This document shows, one piece after another, positions 24,601 through 28,012 of a stretch of 64,000 nucleotides of DNA (position 1 is the first letter of the stretch; each line of letters starts with the position of its first letter). The notes beneath the pieces were generated by a model, which made no database searches, was not told the origin of the DNA, and saw nothing but the letters and a program-made list of their open reading frames with translations. The stretch comes from an uncultured Nitrospiraceae bacterium (GTDB lineage: Bacteria > Nitrospirota > Thermodesulfovibrionia > Thermodesulfovibrionales > UBA6898), in assembly GCA_964506525.1 (NCBI GenBank), contig CAZDLA010000001.1:155047-219046 (forward strand), given 5' to 3'. The position numbers were made by a program, and so were the translations under genes.

Positions 24601-26248
24601 AATATGCTTCGGTCTTTCCGTGGCCGCCTACATAGCCACTATAGCCACTGTCCATATAGATGCCCCATGCATTGGTAGTTCCACCGATGTTGGTTGTCGA
24701 TGACCAATAGAAAATAGTTTGAACGCCTGTGAATGGGTGGTTTGCCGGAAGAGGAGGAGTAGACCTGTCAGCATCTACAAGACTCTCCAGCTCATTAATA
24801 TTCGGCATTCTCCAGTCATTATGCCCAAGGTAGTTGTTTGTGTTCAGGCAAGCCACATAATCGAGCGCGGCCGTCCAGGTCTTTGTGCCGCCGGTGCAGG
24901 TCGGAGTTCCTAAAACGGTCGGCGTGCCGGCATCTTTAGCCCACTCAAGGCCAGTGAGTTTATCCTGTATGATATTGCTGTTTTCGCTTGAGGCCACAAA
25001 TCTCGGGCTCGGCCATGCAGCGCCCGCCTGTATCTCTCCATCCTGTCCCGTGCCTGCGCATGATGCAAGCTCAGTCCCAGCTGCGTTATAACACTTCGTC
25101 TGTCCTGTGCGTGGAAGCTGGATCATAGGAATGGGGGTGAAGAGTTCGGCAGAGGAAAGCTTTGTACTGCCAGCGTCAATTCCTCCAGCAACAAGCACAA
25201 TACCATTGAGGAGATTTGCTGCTATGTGGCCACCGCGTGTGCTTGTCATGCTTCCGGTCGCGATAAATGTCCCGGTGTTCGGATCATACAGCTCCGCTGA
25301 ACTAAGAGCTACAGTACTGCTGTAGCCTCCTGTAACCAATACCTTGCCATTAGAAAGAAGTGTTGCTGAGTGATAAGTCCGTTCGATATTCAAGCTCCCT
25401 GTCGCAGTAAAAACCCCGGTAATCGGATCATATAATTCTGCCGAACTAAATGGCGTACCATTGCTGCCACCTGCTATCAGAACCTTGCCGTTAAACAGAA
25501 GTGTTGCTGTTGCAAGAGTCCTTCCAATACTTGTATTTCCTGTTGCAGTAAAGGTTCCTGTATTAGGATCATATAAATCTGCAGAAGTAGTTACAGAACT
25601 TCCCCCGCTAAATGCTCCATTTACAACAAGCACCTTACCATTTTGAAGCAATGCAGCCGCATGTAAATATCTTGCAGAGTTCATGTTCCCGGTAGCAGTA
25701 AATGTCCCAGTGCCCGGATCATACAATTCTGCCGAGCTATGTCTGGTTGAACCGTTCCACCCACCAGTAATAAGCACCTTGCCATTTTGCAGAAGCGTTG
25801 CCGTGCTACCCTGTCTTCCAATACTCATGCTACCCGTAGTCGAAAATGTACCTAACCCCGGGTCATACAATTCTGCTGTGACGGGATAGCCTGAACTGCC
25901 ATACCCCCCTGTGATTAATACCTTACCATTCGTCAGAAGTGTCGCCTGAAAATCATATCTTGCATAGGTCATGCTGCCCGTGGAAGTAAATGTGCCGGTG
26001 CCCGGATCATACAATTCTGCTGAGTTGAGGGAACTGCCGGAGCTGTTGCCGCCTCCAACTACAAGCACCTTGCCGTTTTGAAGCAATACAGATTGAGAGT
26101 ATGGCCGCGCAGTGCCCATACTCCCCGTTGTCGTCCAGTAGCCGTTATCGGCGGCAAAGGCGTCCTTCGACGGGCTCAGAATGACAACTGAAAGAACGGA
26201 GATGACAAGCAGTATTGCAACCAGACAGTTTCTTTTGATGGACCTCAT
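6614..26248 (-). CDS. Giant secreted multidomain surface / adhesin-like protein (6,544 aa)
   Basis: Single uninterrupted 19,635-nt ORF with GGAGG just upstream of the ATG. Sec-type signal peptide (MRSIKRNCLVAILLVISVLSVVILSPSKDAFA|AD). Modules recognised by eye, N to C: Kelch-like propeller; 2x DUF1566 (TGLEW...DWRMPN..EL..L...YWSST...VWPVR); LamG / concanavalin-like (LVAYYPFNGNANDESGNGN...IDEVRIYNRAL); InlB-B-repeat-like domain; a second Kelch-DUF1566x2-LamG copy; PD40/TolB-like propeller; Ig/FN3-like domains; a Kelch_1-type propeller; chitobiase-C-like (IYYTTNGSDPT) domains x2; a third LamG; He_PIG-like Ig x2; more DUF1566 and Kelch; a clan-CD peptidase-like domain; a CarboxypepD_reg-like domain; 3 tandem Ig-like repeats; a right-handed beta-helix; 2 C-terminal Ig-like domains. 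Confidence 0.9.
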   Translation of the reverse strand: MRSIKRNCLVAILLVISVLSVVILSPSKDAFAADNGYWTTTGSMGTARPYSQSVLLQNGKVLVVGGGNSSGSSLNSAELYDPGTGTFTSTGSMTYARYDFQATLLTNGKVLITGGYGSSGYPVTAELYDPGLGTFSTTGSMSIGRQGSTATLLQNGKVLITGGWNGSTRHSSAELYDPGTGTFTATGNMNSARYLHAAALLQNGKVLVVNGAFSGGSSVTTSADLYDPNTGTFTATGNTSIGRTLATATLLFNGKVLIAGGSNGTPFSSAELYDPITGVFTATGSLNIERTYHSATLLSNGKVLVTGGYSSTVALSSAELYDPNTGTFIATGSMTSTRGGHIAANLLNGIVLVAGGIDAGSTKLSSAELFTPIPMIQLPRTGQTKCYNAAGTELASCAGTGQDGEIQAGAAWPSPRFVASSENSNIIQDKLTGLEWAKDAGTPTVLGTPTCTGGTKTWTAALDYVACLNTNNYLGHNDWRMPNINELESLVDADRSTPPLPANHPFTGVQTIFYWSSTTNIGGTTNAWGIYMDSGYSGYVGGHGKTEAYYVWPVRAVSTGPAAVWRTGQTTQYAANDDGALQKGVSWPSPRFVDSGITVTDSLTGLIWTKDANAPGPGACGPATTKTWQGALDYVACLNANNYLGFRDWRLPNRKEIRSLANHELNYPALQSDHPFTNLQSNYYWLSTTVAGKTSYAWHSHTSSFHLGNEFAKSGSYYVWPVRGGTVNNTSYGLVAYYPFNGNANDESGNGNHGTVNGATLTTDRFGNTNMAYNFNGSSNKIYSTVDSKASISQVTVLAWINSKGTGGYATPTIAGVFSSGSQNPYYALNLELYTSYPRRPQFYAATTSVVASVGTNTRVNDNNWHHVATVFDGSQVNVYLDGKLDNSQSFPYTLRSFTSAVLAIGYSEGNYDWWNGAIDEVRIYNRALSPAEIQTLYATYTLTATKTGTGTGTVTPNTGTINWSGNTGTASYASGTSITLTATADSGNVFTGWSGEGCTGIGTCTVTMDLARNVTANFAANNYGNGYWTAPGSMGTGRAYHTATLLENGKALIAGGWNGSTNLSSAVLYEPVTGIFTSTGNLNQAVNGHAATRLPDGRVLITGGHNGTASVATAELYNPATGTFTNTGAMNTARHYHMSTLLPNGKVLITGGGSSSSSAVTALELYDPSSGTFTVVGNFSSERQQNTATLLSNGKVLIAGGLGSSGVSTAEIFDPNTNTLTATGNMNNARYAHAAALLPNGKVLVAGGWNGANMGSAELYDPSSGTFSLTGSMSVGRNCLGDDAILLSSGKVFIGCNSSGNGWAELYDPTAGTFSATSNMNIARDMHTVTLLSNGKVLIAGGRTDVEVYHSSAELFTPIPMIQLPRTGQTKCYNAAGTELASCAGTGQDGEIQAGAAWPSPRFVASTDNSNIIADKLTGLEWSKDGGTPTVPGAPTCTGGTKTWTAALDYVACLNTNNYLGHNDWYLPNINELDSLSNIEVSNNFAWLNGQGFTNVQSNVYWSSSTSIFNGDTSSAWLIHTDINTDRLLAYESKSNSHYVWPVRSNVNLALGSSVISQTGQRTSYYGADDGALQRGATWSLPRFTDNLDGTVTDSLTGIVFSKDANSLGPVTCGQATTKTWSQALAYVNCLNQNAFSGFSDWRLPNRNELHSLVDYSKYNPSLLSGHPFANLLGSDGQSNYYWSSSTCGFNKNWAWTIRLNDGHLTFGAKSSGNYVWPVRGGTILNPLTLTDGLVAYYPFNGNANDESGNGNNGTVNGATLTTDRFVNSNKAYSFDGVNDYIRSNTTIAINTNQATYSAWVNFRSSGSDVKQILEFKLGAGVIFLETDNSTKIRFGMSDGITGSTLFSPEALPLNSWHYVSGTYDGSLQKLYIDGVKVAEASLSINVLSSPINIGKDSEFNYQYIDGLIDDIRIYNRALSNAEIQSLYGETAQVRIAYVKNNDIWVTNETGATPQQLTSTAAIESNPSFSKDGSGIAFTSDSSGRNEIWSMTASGADLRQITNNHTTYPADNARWSADGQWIYFNSAASGDGEVWKIKSDGTGTAQQLTNVVGYNTQTVAMSRGGTNAAYVRGTEGNDASNKLYTSNTDFTSPFEIQANYAPHSPIYSFDDSKLLYSSTGGNIHIINNNGYGDQLVATLGSGSANDWYPSGSKVLVSTLGNLYWINTDGTNQTLITQGSSGSVGLAWGNDTVAPTILSATSTTANGGYKSGSAVNITLNFSEPVTSTGLTINLNSGTSITTGAFSLGSSWSGTYTVGVGQTAAALSISSISGTITDSATNSRTNPTIPASQNIADSKSIVIDTTAPTGVSAGANQTKNAQFTQTATATDTNAMTHSWTKQAGPGTVTFGAATALSTTISASATGTYTIRFTATDIAGNSTYSDMTLTWDITAPTAPTVTSTTALTNNQKPTWTWTPGGGGNGTYRYKLDNSDLTTGVTETAALNFTPASNLTEGLHTLYVQERDDVGNWSISGTKLITIDITGPTSGGSGTWTTKASMPVARPGNTVTGIDSLLYAVGGTNYSCGAYSTLEAYDPATNTWAAKTSMPSPRWAPSSAAVSGILYVVGGTDGCYNPNPGMNTIEAYDPATNTWTTKAPMPTTRRNFAVGAVNGILYAVGGISNGGGIIATVEAYDPATNTWSTKAPMPTARYNFGVGVVNGILYAVGGANYSVYLATVEAYNPATDAWTTVAPMSTGRSGHAVGVVNGIIYAVGGYNGVTPTTDSSEAYNPVTNTWSPAAPMPTTRQDVVGGVVNNILYVVGGGNASGVLLTVEAYTPASDAISINSNAASTNSASVTLTLSATDANGVSKMMVSNDPAFTGAPEVDYATSSPWTLAPGPDGVRTVYVKFKDNANNWSSVYNDTITLDTTGPVVTPSVAGGTYTTTQTVTLTCNDGTGTGCGNIYYTTNGSDPTTGSTVYSTPIIISATTTLKFFAVDSLGNPGSIVTAAYTIHGFNITNTSNISTGLVAWYPFNGNANDESGNGNNGTVNGATLTTDRFGNANNAYGFDGINDRVDVPGTNLSPALDDTKNFTIAHWVRLNQDVMSNFVLGYSQGLGNSMPVGAFQLSLKAYPAYGPGPYLYLDDNIGCNLTVGASALAVGQWQHVVTVWNAATHSTNIWVDGVNQAVTKQCDAVMSAKARTGTWTIGAYCPGSVPGSCDQQFLNGSLDDFRIYNRALSVSEIQALYGIADTINAVQGDTRSADLKLSSYGGYSQTADLTYAWVSTTPAGAAVNITPSSITPTPSGATTSVSFTAGAGTPVGTYTLRVTATSGSIIQTGDILVNVSAPLVISTTTLASGIKGQTYSPTFSATGGVGAYTFIVTSGTLPTGLSLNANGSFSGTLSARGTFTFTIQAADTDSHTDSKQYTVRVYDTAYRKLVLESTLWSIEQNSASGWIYAKVYDDYDALVTMASPTGIDITSTSGTGLFSADGASWSGIFSPDIATGASSKRFLYKDSTVNTFTITAAGVPGTSSEQWATGSHAITITAVQGSDTTPPSTVITGNPVAVTNSTSATFTFSANEPSTFECNLDSGGWAVCPSPQDYSGLSVAAHTFQVRAKDTAGNYDLTPASYSWTIDQTGPTGAGFGVIAKTGQTTSYGTRDDGALQAGLDYTSPAFTDNGSSVTDKVYGITWNKNAWSDVVSIPQGIAVPSPRFTDNNNGTVTDNLTGLLWLKNANCFGVQPWSAALSSANNLASGSCGLSDGSAAGDWRLPNILELASLPTNYISTPAAWLNGQGFSNVNAQANLYWSSSTYAYATNNARGFSMANGNLGDGVKTAGSPSVWPVRGGFSNSAGTGVTINYGAASTNSTSVTLSLSASDANGVSKMMVSNDSNLTDAVEENYVVSKAWTLLSGEGEKTVYAKFKDTAGNWSSVYSDTITLDLTVPTLELSAPSATLTSNNNVTYTTTYTGADTITLAPGNITLNKTGTADGTVAVSGTGNTTRTVTISGIIGNGTLGISLASGTGRDAAGNPTAAAGPSATFTVDNAAPTAPTVTSATALTSNNKPTWTWSPNGGGNGTFRYKLNSSNLISGATETTTVSFTPLTGLSDGSHTLYVQERDDTGNWSTSGSYTVTVDTTGPLGSSIGTGSFAATGSMNAPRTEHTATTLSSGKVLLVGGEDTGEHAVNTAETYDPASGNFTASGNMSLQRVVHTATLLSNGDVIIIGGQIPYVGFHTSSELYDPVTNAFTASGSMTNKRGVHSATLLSNGNVVVIGGYNESNTNPQVAEIYNSSTGTFTQTGSMVTPRDSHTATLLPNGRILITGGVARGFGYLSSAELYDPATGLFTATGSMSVARESHRAILLSNGTVLVSGGSNSTDYLSSAEIYNPATGTFSATGSLNVARRIFDVTSLPNGKILITGGNASSGASMSAFNSSEIYDPATGTFSMTGNMNYARTAQKSVLLLNGKVLITGGADGPWGNTKHSSAELYTPGADTILISNGAATTNSTSVSLALSATDPSGVATMMISNDASFTGASEVAYATNPGPWTLASGPDGIRTVYVKFKDTLGNWSVVYSDDITLDTTGPTVTPSVPAGTYTSAQTVTLSTEQGATIYFTTNGSEPTAGSTVYATPITISTTTTLKFFAIDSNGNPGGVVAPTYTIQGFTITANNFSVVQGETRQANLALTSFGGFDQAVSLTYAWHGTVPLNAGISISPTMITPTPAGVIATLSFTPGTTTIPGSYTVRITATGGGLTAFRDVIVTVAAPLSITTTVIGDGTGVKGTLFSSSVVIAGGIGPFTFTKTGSWPAGLTLNTDGNITGTPTTRGTYIFTIQVTDSTSHSASKQYSMRIYDPNYRRLVVESVNPSYLWEVQQGVASDWLKAKIIDDYDVTRKATSRTQIYVFSSSGTGLFSTGGDYFSSLLPFIETDSSSATFLYKDSNSGIYTITASGFTDSPSESWGLGTHTITVKAPNLSNTLLTVTPTQSSSFGQGVSIAGRLTNASTGGSVYPAEICLSFTAPSSTPVSGDCTSTNSSGNYGTFVDAAKIDIAGNWSVTATFSGNGLYNSKTASANFAVTRVDTSLSMSLNAASISPTGSITATGTLRTATTVPNGSLLNMPVTIEFTDPESIKHSVSAMTDAYGRYNVPFNQFGTKTGIWYAKATFAGNSNFTMSESASIDFNVANSAGYAILLEGDSNNTYRASYTRSLDDIRQKMLSRGFKDDPINNNIYYMSYETGPGYTGIVDALTTKQNVAAAIKTWAFNRIKDNGVAPLYLVLMDHGSDAGEGRFLIDQPVPDQVTDEYITPSELDSWITDLEASIQNDTSIPGRDQFKIIIINGFCYSGKFVSALSKPGKKRIIITSSSEDEQSLQGPTVGSTTYGEFFVYYLFSSLSQGETLINAFKDAATTTRQQLPCTTNCPSNNGNTKQNNGVGSRQNPLLDDNGDGVGSTMNVKGQEDGGLASGISLGLGTNPAMVKWDQIMPTITVMSGSGKTAFGMIDPAYVDTTWIELKKPSYNITGTGGTGQISLELKKIAYTGAEGSRWDFAIPSSGATGLDEAGKYTIYYYAKDRNQNILPPVTGTLYVNTETNLAPGAFGLITPENNSTITDGLMAFLWTKSTDPDVADIVTYTIKIYEDNAGFKGPEIMRYEQIRWEWFTLDGTKELRADGTDLFRFNEYYHWEVEAIDNKGMSVTSSNANRFRITYTNATGGLVYGYLRDALTNQPLLNAIVTINGITVPVLPPNGYYIKGVASGQCNINVTATGYGSRTESFYLAEEDSIKTDFNLTTSDTVAPSVTITSSAANPTNISLIPVTVTFSEAVTGFVSGDVTVGNGSISGFSGSGTTYTFNVTPAGNGAVTVDVAAGVALDAASNGNTAASQLSRTYDSTQPSVTITSSAANPTNVSPIPVTVTFSETVTDFVSGDVTVVNGSISGFSGSGTTYTFNVTPAGNGAVTVNVAAGVAVDAANNGNTAASQLSRTYDSAQPSVTITSSAANPTNVSPIPVTVTFSKIVTGFVSGDVTLGNGSISGFSGSGTTYTFNVTPAGNGAVTVDVAAGVAVDAASNGNTAASQLSRTYDSRTERTVCALGCDYQTVQQGIDASGSGDTLRIAQGTYRQNILLNKSLNLSGGWNNTFTTQTADPGITILNGDTDNDGVGEGSVLSITTSATVTIDNLTLFNGDASTGGGMNIAPASGLADISLSNCIISSNSADDGAGIHASASGSATINLSIQNCLIIGNNATDSGGGIKATATGTGSVVTVNMVNNTLTDNTATPGTAGGGIHATASSSGSVTITEKNDINWGNTDPNGPDVYSSASTGGTALIRAQNSNIGNGTYTNLGSNTSYDPEFLNTAGHDYRLDAISPCIDKGTASGAPADDILGVTRPKGIAPDMGAYEYTPSAPAIVRLLSPTGGEHIKAGTPYTVRWEKDPTVASIGLSYGSGGAWTAIKLPKTSTGTSFSWSMKKAPATNLDNMQFKITAYNASRGVIGEDTSDPFSMYLVWLMYPNGGEHLKSGRVYRVLWDTATLKKPPTSAAVEFITNAGAPCAPAGPAITITGNPGLYDWTVPTVVTPTTCKVRIVLKDSKGLTLTSDASDEAFTIVP
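8186..9049 (-). repeat. 3 x 288-bp near-identical tandem coding repeat (three 96-aa bacterial Ig-like domains) inside the giant ORF
   Basis: The unit PSVTITSSAANPTN(I/V)S(L/P)IPVTVTFSE.VTGFVSGDVT.GNGSISGFSGSGTTYTFNVTPAGNGAVTV.VAAGVA.DAA.NGNTAASQLSRTYDS.Q is repeated three times. Landmark strings recur at an exact 288-nt offset (e.g. GAAGGCTGAG at 8463 and 8751; GTCATACGTCCTGCT at 8189 and 8477). Confidence 0.9.
10290..10880 (-). other. Clan-CD (C13 legumain / gingipain-like) cysteine peptidase-like domain embedded in the giant ORF
   Basis: The segment AGYAILLEGD...APLYLVLMDHGSD...KIIIINGFCYSGKF...RIIITSSS shows the alpha/beta His...Cys dyad layout of clan CD. The His codon is at 10583-10585 (about aa 5222) and the Cys codon at 10400-10402 (about aa 5283). 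Confidence 0.5.
21824..22192 (-). repeat. Intragenic dispersed repeat, copy B (Kelch / DUF1566 junction), paralogous to 24785-25153
   Basis: High nucleotide similarity by eye to 24785-25153 at a constant 2,961-nt (987-codon) offset. Both encode ELFTPIPMIQLPRTGQTKCYNAAGTELASCAGTGQDGEIQAGAAWPSPRFVAS... Confidence 0.75.
24785..25153 (-). repeat. Intragenic dispersed repeat, copy A (Kelch / DUF1566 junction)
   Basis: See copy B. GCCACATAAT occurs at 24852 and 21891, and AGAGTTCGGCAGA at 25141 and 22180, both at an offset of 2,961 nt. Confidence 0.75.
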
Positions 26249-26343
26249 AACCCCTCCAAGGATTCAGAAAATTACTTTCTATTTGTTATCTATAGACGAA
26301 ACGAGAGACGCTTTCTTACATGTCCAAGGAATATTTTTTCGTG

Positions 26344-26380
26344 AAAACAAAAAAACCCATGCCTCTATGGCTATGGGTTT
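26344..26380 (-). terminator. Terminator / attenuator-like hairpin between the outer-membrane barrel gene and the giant ORF
   Basis: The minus strand reads AAACCCATAGCCATAGAGGCATGGGTTTTTTTGTTTT: an imperfect GC-containing stem followed by a T-run. It lies about 200 nt after the stop at 26576 and about 95 nt before the ATG at 26248. Confidence 0.45.
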
Positions 26381-26575
26381 GTCAGTTCAAATATATATAA
26401 ATATCTTGTCATCTACTTCGGCAGCCCTGCAATCCTTTTACATCCCCCAAGGACCAGAAGCTTTGCGCCCTGCCCTTCCAGGCAGTTTGCTCTTATCGGT
26501 AGCGATTCTGGCTAAAAGAGTATCACAACCTGCTAATAATCCGCAATAAATAAGGCATTTGAGTTTATAATAATC

Positions 26576-27904
26576 TCATTTGAAATAATAAATGACCGAA
26601 GCCATAAGCGTATGCTGTTTGATATCCACTTTTCTGCCGGCAATAAAAGGGATATCAGCGCTGACGTTGTTGCCAAACCGAAATTGATATGCGATATCAA
26701 AGGCGAATCTGCCGCGCGCATACCCGGTTCCAAGCGAAAAGCCGTAATAATCATCCAGATATCCTGTCTGTGGTTCGGGGTCGTAAAACAGTCCGAATCT
26801 TGCAGGAATAACATACTTATCCTTGATAAACAGATATTCTGTTCCGACCCTGATCTGCGTTGTATCCTTCAGCCTTCCTTCACTTATGGGTTTTGAGGAG
26901 ACCGGGTTTATCGTATTTCCGGCACTGTTTTTCAATAAGAACGTCGACCAATCAGTCCGGTAAACATCAAGCGCAAGCGTCCATTTGTCAGAATGACGGT
27001 AAGAGAGCCCAAGTCCATACGAAGCAGGCATCTGCATGGTGAAACGCTCTGAGCTATGGGCAGAGTCCTCCGAATACAGTGGTATGTCCAGCCAGTTCTG
27101 GCTCGCAAATTCAGAGGTCTTACTCCGGAGCCTTGCGTCAAACGCGGTTTTATATACTCCGCCAAGAGTGAGGCGCTCATGAAAATTCCACAAAAAACCG
27201 ATATGCGCGTTTATGCCCTTGAACTCGACTGTTTTTTCTATCCGGTCTTTCATAATAACGGAGCCAGGAGGAAGATTACCGCTCTTGGTAGATGAATAGG
27301 TGCTCTGCCAGCCGTTGTTTCCGATATAGTCTCCCCAGAAATTCAGGGTCGCCCCAAGATAAAAACCGGGTGATACCTGCACAGCCATCGCAGGTGAGAG
27401 CGCATAAAGATATCCCTGCTGTTTGAATTTAATATTATCGTAAAGCTTGTCCCCGCCTACATCCCATGTGTAGTTAAAGTTGACATCTTTGTTCATGTCA
27501 TATAACCGCTGGTAATTAAGAGAAACAATCACGTTCCTTTTAAACAACTCAAATGGGTAGGCAATACTGAAATAATTTATGCCGTTTGCATCCATCCGGT
27601 TTACAGATTCAATTTCAGGGTGGATATCAGAGCTATAAGTCTGCTGCCTTGCAAATAATGAATAAACAACCGACATCTCAGGCTTTTCGAGTTGGACAAG
27701 GCCGGCCGGATTCCACGATGCAGCAGTTGCATCATCGGCCACGCCTATGAAAGCGCCGCCCATTCCCATAGCCCTTGCGCCCGAGCCCACAGGATTAAGG
27801 GACGAAGATATCTCTATCAGCTGCCCAAAAGCAGACGCAGGAACAATTGCAATCAAAAATAGTATTAACCGGCAAACTCTTACCCAACTCACTTGTAAAT
27901 TCAC
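26576..27904 (-). CDS. FadL / PorV-like outer-membrane beta-barrel protein
   Basis: 442 aa. GTG start preceded by GAGGAGG. Signal peptide ...IAIVPASAFG|Q. N-terminal hatch-like motif GSGARAMGMGGAFIGVADDATAASWNPAGL typical of FadL/TodX/PorV-type barrels. The remainder has alternating beta-strand character and ends in an aromatic residue (YYFK). Confidence 0.7.
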   Translation of the reverse strand: MNLQVSWVRVCRLILFLIAIVPASAFGQLIEISSSLNPVGSGARAMGMGGAFIGVADDATAASWNPAGLVQLEKPEMSVVYSLFARQQTYSSDIHPEIESVNRMDANGINYFSIAYPFELFKRNVIVSLNYQRLYDMNKDVNFNYTWDVGGDKLYDNIKFKQQGYLYALSPAMAVQVSPGFYLGATLNFWGDYIGNNGWQSTYSSTKSGNLPPGSVIMKDRIEKTVEFKGINAHIGFLWNFHERLTLGGVYKTAFDARLRSKTSEFASQNWLDIPLYSEDSAHSSERFTMQMPASYGLGLSYRHSDKWTLALDVYRTDWSTFLLKNSAGNTINPVSSKPISEGRLKDTTQIRVGTEYLFIKDKYVIPARFGLFYDPEPQTGYLDDYYGFSLGTGYARGRFAFDIAYQFRFGNNVSADIPFIAGRKVDIKQHTLMASVIYYFK

Positions 27905-28012
27905 AAAAACCTCCTCATCCTTTGATACTTATTGGGTTGCTTAGACTGTAGTCTGCCAGGTATAGGCTATAGACTAAACACCTAAATACTACACACCTGT
28001 TATACCCAACCA

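Noticed and set aside
26249-26343. Possible ECF-type promoter (GGAC ... CGTCT strings) upstream of the giant gene.
   Set aside because: The spacings do not fit the usual 16-17-nt ECF architecture, and no matching motif was found upstream of the sigma gene. This is left as an open question rather than a call.
26576-27904. Assigning the locus to type IX secretion because of the PorV-like motif.
   Set aside because: The giant protein lacks a recognisable T9SS C-terminal domain and no other Por/Gld/Spr genes are in the window. The hatch motif is shared with ordinary FadL transporters.
27943-27954. Inverted repeat AGACT-GT-AGTCT in the gap before the barrel gene.
   Set aside because: It is too short (5-bp arms) to distinguish from chance, and no second copy occurs elsewhere in the locus.
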